Positions 19,260-29,000 of a stretch of 36,272 bases of DNA are shown here, in pieces. A program made the translations under genes and the position numbers. Where the stretch lies: assembly GCA_001275005.1 (NCBI GenBank), contig JWZX01002490.1, positions 1 to 36,272 on the forward strand, given 5' to 3'. How positions within the stretch are numbered: the stretch's first letter is position 1; each line of letters opens with the position of its first letter. This DNA is from Chrysochromulina tobinii (taxonomy: Eukaryota). The notes under the pieces are model-generated. The model was not told the origin of the DNA and did no database searches. It worked only from the letters and a program-made list of their open reading frames with translations.

Positions 19260-22200
19260 TCACTCGGCGGATTCCCCAGTGTCCGCGGCCGCATTTGCCC
19301 CGTAGTGGCCATTGGCGATATGCAGAGCAAGCTTCCGCTTCACGCTGATTTGAGTCACCGAGGCTGCAGTCGTGTGGGCGACCACCACCGCGATGAGCGA
19401 CTCTTCGGTCGCATCCACGATCTTGGCCTTCACGTCCGGCGAGCGACGCTTGACCATAGACAGTGAGTCCCAATCCACCAGTATGCTCTGCATGTCGCGA
19501 AGGGCCAGGTTCGAGGAGACCACCTCATCGCGGAGCTTAGAGAATTCGATGATGCTGTTGAGCACGAACACGAGGGCAACGGACAAAGACACAAACTCGG
19601 TGAGCCCGCAAGCTGCTAGGACGGTGCCAAGTGAGTTCAACAAGAAGGAGAGGAGGTCGATGGCTTGGAGACGCCAAGCAAGCTTCGTGCAGTGCTTCTC
19701 GAACTTTTCGACGATCGGCCGAACGCGGTAGACGACGTAGCTCTCAATAGAGAGAGGGCCGCATAGGTAATCGTCCTCAATTTCCTTAAAAACGACGGAT
19801 TTGTTCTTATTCTTCTTCTCCTCCTTGATCTCGTTGGCAGTCTTCCTGCCAACCTTGATGCCTTGCAGCTCCAGGAGGTGCTTGCGCATCGCCGCCACGC
19901 TGTCGGTGAAGACGTCGTCATCGTCATCATCAACTGGCACCACCTTCGCACCCTTCTTCTTGGGGGAATCTTCAATCCCGTCGAGAGGGTTTCCCTGTCC
20001 ACCCGCTGCTTGCTTGGCCTGCTGCGCCTGCTTCTCCCTCCAGAGCTGCGTGACGATCTCGCGTTGGATCTTGATGATTTCATCCTTCTGTCCGTCCAGC
20101 ATCGTTTTCTTTAGCCCGATGGATTTGGCCACCTCTTGGCGAACCATCTTGGACTCCGTGTCATTCAGAGGCACACCCATGAGAACAATCTTGTTCTCAG
20201 CGAGAAGCGATTCAATCACGGCCTTAACCTCTTCGCGTAGAGATGGTCCATGCAAATAGGGCCGCAGGCCAGCGAACCAGCTCTGGAAGGAAGTGGTCGG
20301 GAACGTCCACGACGTCTTGTGGAAGAAGCGCTCCGTGTGCCGCTTGAAGATGAGCCACTGAGAGAGTGTGAGCTTGTCCTCGCGGTGCGAACGAGTCTGA
20401 ATCTGGTCGTTCTTCTTTGCTTTCTTGTTCTGCGCGCTGAGCGCGCCAGTCTGAGAGAGCTCGGTGAGAGCAGCTCCGTACATGGCCTGGACACGATCGA
20501 CAAACATCTTCCGCGCCATGGTCGCCTTCCCTACGCGGTCCTCCCCGCCCTGCACCAGCGGTCCGGTCATGGCGCGCGGGTCGTACTCGATGCAGTTCAT
20601 CCGGAACTTGTAGATCTCTGCAGCCAGCTGCGACGCCGCCGACAGGCAAATCGACCACTTATCACGCCAGAGCAGTTTGGCCAAGATCGTGGACGCAAAA
20701 GCGGTGCCGATCGGAATGAGAAGGACTGCGGTCTCGATCGCATTTACCACGTCCGTCTTTTGTTTCGGGTCGGTGATGACGTCCTTCATGGCACCGCCCG
20801 AGATGGACACGTGGAAAATCGCGAGGGTGGTTGTGGCGATGGCTAAGGTCCACATGACTGCTTGCGCGACCTTAGACAAGCGGAGGAAGACTTTCGCGTT
20901 CTGGCAGAGCATGAAGTGGAGGTTCCAGGCGTTGTAGATGACGTTGGTCTCTGCATTTCCAAGACCGAGCTCGGGAACACCGCCAAAGCCGGCCGAGAAG
21001 CAGCCGGTGATCGTCTCCAGGACCTGCTCTTCGGAGTTGGTCATGATGTCCACCGACACCACGTGCTTCTTGAAGAGCAGAGGGGCACGCTCCGCGAGAT
21101 CCTTCATCATGAGCATCTCAGGAACTCCGAACTCGAACGACCAGTTTCCCTTCGACAGGGCGGAGATCATGAACTTTAGCGGAGCGCGAAGCCTGGAGAT
21201 GTCGGGGGCCGGCCGCTGAAACTTGAAGACTCGCTGCAGCCAGCTGAAGGCCGTGGTGCAACCGCCCGAGTTGTGCAGCAGGACGATCGATTTGCCCTGC
21301 TGAATGTTACTGGCCAGTCGCTTGTACGTCCGCGTGTCGCCGTGTGCGTACAGGTACCCCATCGGCGCATATTGATCCACGTTGAATTCGTCCTTGTCGT
21401 TGGTCTTGATGACGTAGTGCGTGGCGCTCGAGAATAGGCTGTCCACGTAGAAGTAGCGCCACTTCCGTTTCGGATCGCACGTGTTGTTTCCTCCTCTGCG
21501 TGTGTGCTCCGCCAGGACGTCAAAGGGCAGCATATTGTCCTTGATGTCATGGAACGCCTCAGAACTCTCGAACTGCTTCACATCGTAATAGAAATCGATG
21601 TTGAGAGTCTTCTCAGTGCCGTTGGGCCCTGTGACACAGTTCTCGTCGTCGTGCAGCTCCGACAGCTGCTTCATCATCCTGCCCGAATTGCACCCGTCGT
21701 GAGCCTGGCCCAGCCGCTCGAGGGAGTCGATTACGATGATATTAGGGCGCGTTGCACCCTTTTCCAGTGCCATCTCGAGCAGGTACTCGGCCGTGGCCGA
21801 CTCCTTGCCCTCTGTACGATCGACGAGAATCCACGAATCGTTGACCTTGACCGAGTCCAACAGCGCGCCGAACACCTCCGTCAGCTTCGTGAAGATTAGA
21901 GTGTTGATCGAGCTCTCCGTCCCCATGATCTTGTCGGTGTCCATGACCTCGAGCTCGCTGTGCCATTGGTCGATGGTCTTCTGCATCAGCTGATTCAGCG
22001 TGGCCACCCCCTTCGTCCGGAGACTGAGACCGCCGCCCTTCTTCGTGAATGTCTTCCAGTCCGCGCCCACATCCACGGCGCCACCGGCCTCTAGGTCAGC
22101 CGCTTCCTTGGGGTTCTGCTGAGCTCGCGCTGCCGCCACCCAGTCGCAGAAGCCGGGAAGGTTGTGCAACATATTGTTCTCGTCCAATTTCCGGGGATGC

Positions 22201-22928
22201 ATAGATCCCGCATCTGTATTGACGAGCATTCTCGGCCGGCGAAGACCGAACACGTCGAATACTTTTTGTGGCGAATCCAGCGTCAGGATGCCGTTCATAG
22301 GGTCTACCGAACCGAGGAAGCACAGCTTGATGCTGCGGCCGCGCGCAGTATCGCGCACCGTGACGTACTTTGAGGCACCGTGCGGCCCGGATGGTGTGCT
22401 CGTACCCATCCACCTTCTCGTCCAGGAGGGCAGTTCTTGTTTCGGCGGAGGCGGCTTCTTCCAGTTGACCACAAACCCATTCATCAACGTCTCGGTGGAC
22501 GTAGTGAAGAAGCCGATGGCGTTGATATAGCGAAGGAGCTCAATGACGTCGACGTGAGGGTTGGCATCGCAGAACTGATCAACGACTGACATTGCCGCGC
22601 CGCCACCCTCGCCCAGACCGCTGAGGACGCTCGCAAGAAACATGCCGTGGTTTCCGGCCTCCTCTTCCACGGACCCGCTTCTCGGGGTTTTGCTGCCCAT
22701 AGGAACATGCTGCCACTTCGATGCCTTGATGAGTCCGCGGCCGTCCACGCTCACCGCATTGTGGACATGCATGGCGAGCAGAATCTCAGTCAGGTTCTGA
22801 GAGCTGCTCGTCATAAAAGATTCGACGAGGCTTTTCTTCGAGCTGACACCCTCGTCGTCATCCCGACAGCCGATGACCAGCTTCGCCAGGGTGGCCTTAG
22901 CCTCGGCCTGAGGGTCCTTGGCCGGCAT
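19260..22928 (-). CDS. Putative SLOG (LSDAT/TRPM-type) + DUF4231/SLATT + SLATT_1 membrane protein, 1222 aa
   Basis: Intronless ORF from ATG 22928. SLOG-like elements: VFGLRRPRMLVNTDAG, SWILVDR and GKSIVLLHNSGG. The first 2TM unit ends in WRDKWSICLSAASQLAAEIYKFRM. The second 2TM unit is SIESYVVYRVRP...LNSLGTVLAACGLTEFVSLSVALV...NLALRDMQSILVDWDSLS...KIVDATEESL. Confidence 0.75.
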   Translation of the reverse strand: MPAKDPQAEAKATLAKLVIGCRDDDEGVSSKKSLVESFMTSSSQNLTEILLAMHVHNAVSVDGRGLIKASKWQHVPMGSKTPRSGSVEEEAGNHGMFLASVLSGLGEGGGAAMSVVDQFCDANPHVDVIELLRYINAIGFFTTSTETLMNGFVVNWKKPPPPKQELPSWTRRWMGTSTPSGPHGASKYVTVRDTARGRSIKLCFLGSVDPMNGILTLDSPQKVFDVFGLRRPRMLVNTDAGSMHPRKLDENNMLHNLPGFCDWVAAARAQQNPKEAADLEAGGAVDVGADWKTFTKKGGGLSLRTKGVATLNQLMQKTIDQWHSELEVMDTDKIMGTESSINTLIFTKLTEVFGALLDSVKVNDSWILVDRTEGKESATAEYLLEMALEKGATRPNIIVIDSLERLGQAHDGCNSGRMMKQLSELHDDENCVTGPNGTEKTLNIDFYYDVKQFESSEAFHDIKDNMLPFDVLAEHTRRGGNNTCDPKRKWRYFYVDSLFSSATHYVIKTNDKDEFNVDQYAPMGYLYAHGDTRTYKRLASNIQQGKSIVLLHNSGGCTTAFSWLQRVFKFQRPAPDISRLRAPLKFMISALSKGNWSFEFGVPEMLMMKDLAERAPLLFKKHVVSVDIMTNSEEQVLETITGCFSAGFGGVPELGLGNAETNVIYNAWNLHFMLCQNAKVFLRLSKVAQAVMWTLAIATTTLAIFHVSISGGAMKDVITDPKQKTDVVNAIETAVLLIPIGTAFASTILAKLLWRDKWSICLSAASQLAAEIYKFRMNCIEYDPRAMTGPLVQGGEDRVGKATMARKMFVDRVQAMYGAALTELSQTGALSAQNKKAKKNDQIQTRSHREDKLTLSQWLIFKRHTERFFHKTSWTFPTTSFQSWFAGLRPYLHGPSLREEVKAVIESLLAENKIVLMGVPLNDTESKMVRQEVAKSIGLKKTMLDGQKDEIIKIQREIVTQLWREKQAQQAKQAAGGQGNPLDGIEDSPKKKGAKVVPVDDDDDDVFTDSVAAMRKHLLELQGIKVGRKTANEIKEEKKNKNKSVVFKEIEDDYLCGPLSIESYVVYRVRPIVEKFEKHCTKLAWRLQAIDLLSFLLNSLGTVLAACGLTEFVSLSVALVFVLNSIIEFSKLRDEVVSSNLALRDMQSILVDWDSLSMVKRRSPDVKAKIVDATEESLIAVVVAHTTAASVTQISVKRKLALHIANGHYGANAAADTGESAE

Positions 22929-23480
22929 GTCGAACCCGCAACGACGCTCTCGCACTTCGTGCTTACCGCGCAGCGGGACGCGAAGTTGTACCGGCTGTCA
23001 GCCGTTAGCGCACGAGTCTGTGAACAATCTGTGAAGTAGCTTAATTTGTTCCAGGGGCTCGTCTTAAATTATCCAAACACGCGGATCAACTAGCTGGACA
23101 CGCTCTACACGGCTGACCGTCATGGTTCATCATGTGTGAGACCGTTGCGCGTGGGCGCGTGCTACACGCTACAATTGAGAATTGTACACCGGACCCGACA
23201 CCGGAGGACGGACGTGCGTCGGGGCACGCCGGCAGTCTCGAGACTCGAGACCAAGACTCGTCGACACCGGAACACGTGGCCAAAAAACGCGCAGGGGCAA
23301 AGTGCGCAATCCCGCGTCGCGCAATCTGAATCTTGTTCGATCTGGTACGATCATTGTCTGATGCGCCGCGGGTTTAGCTGCGGGATCACAGTTTTCATGC
23401 GCGCACCTAGGCCCAATAGGCGGAACACACTCAGCGCGATCGAACTCAGCGAGCCTTGCACTCCGGGCCGGGAACAGCGC

Positions 23481-24986
23481 TCAGACCCTCGACCTCTTGT
23501 AGTTGAGGAGCAACAGGTCGGGCCACTCCTCGATCGATCTCGCCGTCGATGAGATCTGTGGCGACGAATGGCACAAGGGCGTGCGATGTAGCAAGAGCAA
23601 CTCGGAAGTGCCTGTTGTGAACTCGGCATCGCTACCTTCTGGGTTGATGCCGCTGCCATCCGATCGACGAAGACCCCCCACATTAGCGAGAACGGCCAAC
23701 GAGAGCGAGGCATGCATCGTCGTGGTCGCCTCGTGTGAGGCTGCTGGCGAGGTGGCCGCCGCCTGGGAAGAGTGATAGAGGAGGTTGCTGGCCGCGAGAG
23801 CGGCGGCAGCGGCAGCAGGGGATTCGGTCGCAGTATGCAAGAGCACTTGCAGAGAGGCGGCGGCTGGCTGAGAGGGAGGCGGCGGCGGCGGGAGCGTTAC
23901 AGCGAGCGAAATACGTGGCAAATCGGCAGTTCGGGCCATAGCCGGGGGCATAACGGCCGGACTGTCGAACCCGACGATCATCGGCACCTGGCGTGGCGAC
24001 CTGAGCTTCGCGCTGCTCTCAGCACCGCCAATTGATTCCATCCCGATGATTGACTGGAGGCGCGACCACCGGTTGCGGATGGCATGGTCGGTTCTGCCAG
24101 GCAGGCGGCGTGCGATCTCATACCACTTGTGGCCGAGCTCGGCGATGCCCTGCATGATGACATCATCCTCGGCGCGGGTCCACGAGGTTCGCTCATGCCC
24201 GCGAGGTTCGCCCAACTTACTGCTACTGCCTGTCATGTTGCCGCCGTTGCCGCCGGCCCCAACCTCACTGCTGCCACCTCTGCCGGTGCAGCCCCAGCTG
24301 CCTCCGCAGCTGCAGCTGCCGGTGCAGCCGCTGTTGCCGCTGCCGCTTCTGCCGCCAATGTTATCCCATGCTGCGGCTCCTTTCACGGCCACGGCGGGTG
24401 CCTCGCTGCCATTCACGCGATCGCCGCCGTTGGCGGCGCCTTCATCATCGCCGATGCTGCTGCTGCCGCTGCTGCCGCCTGCAGTTCCAAAGCGAGGAAT
24501 GCCGCTCAGTCGGGTAGCGTTGCTTCTGCTGCTGTTCCTGTGCAGGATCTCCATGTCCGCAATGCCAGAGGAAGCGCTGGCCCGTCGGCTCTGCGCTGAG
24601 CCGCCTCGGAGCGACTCCTGCAGCCGGCTCCAACGATTGCGCACCGCATCGTCCGAGCGGCCGGGCAGCTGTGCCGCGATCACGCGCCAACGGCAGCCGA
24701 GTTTCTCGACGCCACTGCGGATGAGTGCATCCTCCTCTGCACTCCACTCCTTGCGAGGCAGCGCCGACACCTGCATACGTCGATTTTTGGTCGAGTCGGC
24801 AGCTGTAGTGGCGTCGTACTTCTTGTTAGCGCTCATGAGCGCGGTGGCCACCACGGCCGGCGTGCACCGCGGACTTAGAGCCGAGGGTGATGCCCCAGAA
24901 GGATCCACATTCACGCTCGGCTGCGAGTCGGCGTGGGTGCCAGAGCTCAAGCCTAGCAAAAGGCACGCATTAACGTCGGCGTCCAT
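23481..24986 (-). CDS. Myb transcription factor with two widely spaced repeats
   Basis: Repeats RKEWSAEEDALIRSGVEKLGCRWRVIAAQLPGRSDDAVRNRW and RTSWTRAEDDVIMQGIAELGHKWYEIARRLPGRTDHAIRNRW. Confidence 0.92.
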   Translation of the reverse strand: MDADVNACLLLGLSSGTHADSQPSVNVDPSGASPSALSPRCTPAVVATALMSANKKYDATTAADSTKNRRMQVSALPRKEWSAEEDALIRSGVEKLGCRWRVIAAQLPGRSDDAVRNRWSRLQESLRGGSAQSRRASASSGIADMEILHRNSSRSNATRLSGIPRFGTAGGSSGSSSIGDDEGAANGGDRVNGSEAPAVAVKGAAAWDNIGGRSGSGNSGCTGSCSCGGSWGCTGRGGSSEVGAGGNGGNMTGSSSKLGEPRGHERTSWTRAEDDVIMQGIAELGHKWYEIARRLPGRTDHAIRNRWSRLQSIIGMESIGGAESSAKLRSPRQVPMIVGFDSPAVMPPAMARTADLPRISLAVTLPPPPPPSQPAAASLQVLLHTATESPAAAAAALAASNLLYHSSQAAATSPAASHEATTTMHASLSLAVLANVGGLRRSDGSGINPEGSDAEFTTGTSELLLLHRTPLCHSSPQISSTARSIEEWPDLLLLNYKRSRV

Positions 24987-25223
24987 GGAGGGTGATCAGG
25001 ACGCCTCGTTGTCCGTTTGGCGGCTCGTCGATGGGACCGATCATGATGCATCAGTCCGATCGTCTCGTGCACGGGGGGGCGGGCCCGCCGATCGGCGGCG
25101 GATGCAGTCTCGAAACGTACGGAGCAGCGCGACTGTGACATAGACACGTGCCGGATGTGGAGGTATTGGTGCTTGCTTTGGTTCCAGTGAGCGTGCGGCA
25201 ATTTTGGACGAGAATCTTAGCTT

Positions 25224-26546
25224 GTGACTTCCTCGTCATTTCTTGGAGAACCTTTTGATGAGCGCCGCCAGTCGCAGTCTTCGCCGCACGTGGACCGCTT
25301 CGCCGCACGGGTCGTGGAGGACGACTCGGGCTCATCTAAGCGGTCCAAGATCACGCCACAGCAGGCGGCCACGCTCATGCGCTTCTTCGAGGTGCAGCCT
25401 CTGCCTGACAACGACGAACGGATGGCTCTAGCGGCCAAGCTGGACTTGACACCGCGCTCAGTGCAAGTGTGGTTTCAGAACCGGAGGCAGCGCACAAAGC
25501 CCGGATATGCACCATCCGCGACGTCCAAAGCAGCGCGTGCTCTCGTGACCATGCTCGGTAGGCCTCCACGCGGTCTTGCCAAGGCATCTCGTGATGGGGC
25601 ATATAAACGGCTTAGAGAGGTGCTAGCAGCTTCCAGCGCGACAGCCACATCTGTGTCAGATTCCATGCCAAATGTCCCACCGACGCCACCTCTGTTCGAA
25701 ACCTTTGGGCCACTGAGTACAGTGGCGACGGCTGCCACGGCGGCGCCACTGGCTTCGCCGCCGCTGGAGCTGGACGTCCAGCCGCCTCGAGCAGTCAGCT
25801 TTTCGGCTCAGCAGGAGCAGCAGCAGCAGCAAGGGCAGCAGAAGGAGCAGCAGCAGCAGCATTTGATGATGCAGCCTTCGCAGCTGCAGCTGCAGGCACC
25901 ACCGTCACAGCTGCTCGCGCAGCTGCAGCCGGCGGCGACGCTTCCCTCTGCAGCCGAGCCTTCGCAGGTGCTCTACCCGATGCCGCCCAAGCTGCCCATG
26001 AGGACAGGTCTGGACTGGAAACAGCCGCGGGTCTTCGGACCCAGCGGCACTATGGCCCACAACCATGCCTGGATGCCAGAGCTCCCCATCAGCACCTACC
26101 ACGGGTCCACGGCGCTACCACTGCTTCCATCGTACTACTCGCAGCCACCGCCGCAGAACGCGCTCGCACCCGCGACTGTCGCCTACGGGGACGCGCTGTT
26201 CCAAGCGCATCTCATCGCGGCGCGAGGCGCACCAACCGCCGAGGTGGACGTTCGGAACTCACCGCGCCTGCTTCCTTCGACTTGGTTCCGAACCTTCGAG
26301 CTCACCGCGCCTGCTTCCTTCGACTTGGTGACGGAACCATCTGAGCAGCAGCCTGTGGCGCCTCCGCCGGCGGTCGAGAGCGTGGATCTCTGCCGGTACA
26401 ACAACGAGTGCGGTGCTGAGCATGCTGGCGCACGACGCACGCTGCCGGCCAGCGAAGGCCCACACTCGGCTGACGACGCCGTGCTCCTGCTGTACAGCCT
26501 GTCGCAGCACAGCTCGTATGCCACTTTGCCCCCATCCTCTCCCTAG
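25224..26546 (+). CDS. Homeodomain transcription factor; 5' end probably needs an upstream exon
   Basis: KRSKITPQQAATLMRFFEVQPLPDNDERMALAAKLDLTPRSVQVWFQNRRQR, then a Q/P-rich region. There is no in-frame ATG before the homeodomain. A candidate acceptor is TTAG at 25217-25220. Confidence 0.88.
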   Translation: MTSSSFLGEPFDERRQSQSSPHVDRFAARVVEDDSGSSKRSKITPQQAATLMRFFEVQPLPDNDERMALAAKLDLTPRSVQVWFQNRRQRTKPGYAPSATSKAARALVTMLGRPPRGLAKASRDGAYKRLREVLAASSATATSVSDSMPNVPPTPPLFETFGPLSTVATAATAAPLASPPLELDVQPPRAVSFSAQQEQQQQQGQQKEQQQQHLMMQPSQLQLQAPPSQLLAQLQPAATLPSAAEPSQVLYPMPPKLPMRTGLDWKQPRVFGPSGTMAHNHAWMPELPISTYHGSTALPLLPSYYSQPPPQNALAPATVAYGDALFQAHLIAARGAPTAEVDVRNSPRLLPSTWFRTFELTAPASFDLVTEPSEQQPVAPPPAVESVDLCRYNNECGAEHAGARRTLPASEGPHSADDAVLLLYSLSQHSSYATLPPSSP

Positions 26547-27482
26547 AGCCCTAGCCATCCTGCCCCCCCTCCTCCGGCTTCGCCCCTGCCTAACCCAGCT
26601 CGTGCCGCGACACCTCAAACCGTTCCGTCAAACCGTTACCCGAGAGACGACATGAGCGCGGCCGGCCGCCGCGCGTACGCTTCTCCAAAGGATTGCAATT
26701 TGGTTGTTGGGCATTCCGGCTGCGCAGTCGCTCCGTCTCACGCTCCATTGTCTAGGACCGCCTCTGAGAGCCTCGTGTACCAGAAGCCGAGCCTCTCTCC
26801 AACCAAACGCTGCCGCGCGCCGGCCAGATGGGGTCCTGTTCACAGGTGCTCGTTTCGGTCCCTCTCGCGATTACGACAGCTGAAAAGTATGGACACGCAA
26901 TGCGTCTAGCATGAACACCCCAGCCGCCACGCGAAACTTTCTTCTCTCCGCGGTGTTAGGCGTGTCGGGGAGATGGCATGGCGCATGGGCCATGCCATCC
27001 GAGATGCCGTCCATGCGATCATGCCGCGCAAGGCGCATGCGGCTTGATGTGTGTGCGGGGTCAATCCGCACCGCAAGAGCAGCGCGCGAGTGTTAACGTG
27101 TCGTCACCACAATGAATCGGGGTGGCAACCCAGTGATAAAAAGGGTGGTGATGACGCGACAGATTTATTACCAACAGTATCGGTGCGACTCCACCCGCAC
27201 GACCGCTCAGCCGGCCCACGACCTCAGCCCGCCCCCGCGCGCGGACTGCTAAGGTTCTCGTCGCTCGCCTCACAGCAAGGTCGCGTGTCCCGGGGGGCGC
27301 TACCGGTCGCGGGCCAGCGCCAGCGGCCAGCCGCGCCGCGCCGCCGCCGGACGCCGGCGCTCACGCGGTCACGCTCGGCGCTGCCCGGCTGTCACTGAAC
27401 ATCACGTCTATCCGCTCTGGCGTTTGGGCAGGCTTTGAAGTAACTTCTCTTTCGGCTCTCGTTGACGCCTCATTAGTCTCGA

Positions 27483-29000
27483 TTACTTATTCCGCAGCGT
27501 GCGCCGGCCAGCATATCTCTTGAAGGCCGCCGCGGGCTCATCGGACTCCTCCTCCGCGTAAAGCGCCTCCACGCCGCCTCCCAGCTCGGCGATGCTGCGC
27601 AGCGCCTCGCGTAGTACAATGACCCAATGAGTCCAGTGCGTGCCGCCCTGAAGGTACACGGCGAACGGCTCGCGCAGTGGCCCATCTGCCGAGAGCTCAA
27701 GGGTCGATCCGTCAATGAAGGTGCCGTCGGCAAAGACGACCTCGTCCCCGTATCCAGGGGTGACACCCGCAATGGGCCGGATGTGGGCGCCTACAGGTGA
27801 GCAGCGCTGCACCGCCTGGCAAAAGGTGAGCACCTTATCGCGTTCGCCCAGCCGCACCGCTTGGACGATATCCGTGCGTGGCGCGCCCGCAGCTGGATTG
27901 CACGTGTACCCGAGCGCACCCATCACGTGCGCCACCAAGTGAGCACCCTTGATAGCCTCGCCAACGACCTGTGGAGCGTGGAAGAGGCCTTGGAAGAGCA
28001 GCCGGTTCATGCCGAGCGTGGCGCCGCCCTCGACGCCCGGCGCACTCAGCCGGCGGCTCGCTGCCGCCACGAGGTCGGCGCGGCCCGCAATATAGCCTCC
28101 AGAGGGGGCGAGTGTGCCGCCTGGGTTCTTGATGAGCGAGCCCGCGACCAGGTGCGCCCCCACCGCGCAAGGCTCGCGCGCCTCCACGAACTCGCCGTAG
28201 CAATTGTCGACGAAGAGGACGATCGATGGGTGCGCATCGGCCAGCCAAGCTGCCAGTCGACCAATCTCCTCCACCGGAATCGAGGGTCGCCACGCGTATC
28301 CACACGAGCGCTGAACATGAAGCATGCGCGTGGACGGCTTCACTGCCGCAGCGATAGCGGACAGATCGAAGAGCCCACCCTCGGCCAGCTCAACCTGCCG
28401 ATAGCTCACGCCAAAGTCGGCGAGCGAGCCTCGGAGCCCATCTTCCGTGCGGCCGCGCAACCCGATCACCTCCTCGAGGGTATCATAGGGAGCACCACTC
28501 ACGCCTAGGAGCTCATCACCAGGGCGCAGGACACCGTAGAGGGCACAGGCGATCGCGTGCGTGCCCGAGAAGCACTGGACGCGCACGATCGCAGCCTCGG
28601 CGCCCATGAGCGTCGCGTACACTTCGTCGAGCGTCTCACGTCCTAGGTCGCCATGGCCATAGCCATCAACGCCTGCGAAGTGCTCGGTGCCAACGCCATG
28701 CAACCGAAAGGCGGCGAGCACACGCCCGAGCGACTGCTCAGTATGTTGGTCAATGGACGCAAACAGCGGCAACAGCTCGGCTCGCGAGGCCTGGATCACC
28801 GATTCGATGGCCGCCTCCACCTCCAGATTGGAGCTCGTGGACGTTGCGACGGCGGAGATGGCGGCCCGTGGGCAGCGCTGGAAGCCCGGCCATGCGGCAC
28901 TGCGCGTGCTTCTCAAGCAGGCATACGAATGATCAATCAAGCAGGTAGCGTGCGGCAATAGCAGCCAGAGTACTACCATTCCGACACTTGGTGTCTTCAT
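27483..29000 (-). CDS. PLP-dependent methionine gamma-lyase / aluminium-resistance (YnbB-like) family protein with bipartite presequence
   Basis: Motifs GYGHGDLGRETLD, FSGTHAI, GAPYDTLEEVIG, QRSCGY, FVDNCYGEFVE, GSLIKNPGG (PLP lysine) and GTFIDGSTLELSADGPLREP. The hydrophobic N-terminus is followed by a Ser/Arg/Ala-rich segment. Confidence 0.92.
   Translation of the reverse strand: MKTPSVGMVVLWLLLPHATCLIDHSYACLRSTRSAAWPGFQRCPRAAISAVATSTSSNLEVEAAIESVIQASRAELLPLFASIDQHTEQSLGRVLAAFRLHGVGTEHFAGVDGYGHGDLGRETLDEVYATLMGAEAAIVRVQCFSGTHAIACALYGVLRPGDELLGVSGAPYDTLEEVIGLRGRTEDGLRGSLADFGVSYRQVELAEGGLFDLSAIAAAVKPSTRMLHVQRSCGYAWRPSIPVEEIGRLAAWLADAHPSIVLFVDNCYGEFVEAREPCAVGAHLVAGSLIKNPGGTLAPSGGYIAGRADLVAAASRRLSAPGVEGGATLGMNRLLFQGLFHAPQVVGEAIKGAHLVAHVMGALGYTCNPAAGAPRTDIVQAVRLGERDKVLTFCQAVQRCSPVGAHIRPIAGVTPGYGDEVVFADGTFIDGSTLELSADGPLREPFAVYLQGGTHWTHWVIVLREALRSIAELGGGVEALYAEEESDEPAAAFKRYAGRRTLRNK

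Noticed and set aside
17593..22928. EF-hand gene next to the SLOG-SLATT gene as a calcium-linked module
   Set aside because: The genes are convergent and about 850 bp apart in a eukaryotic genome, so adjacency alone is not evidence of shared function.
24046..25143. 365-aa Leu/Pro-rich + strand ORF
   Set aside because: It is antisense to the Myb gene. Long shadow ORFs are expected at this GC content.
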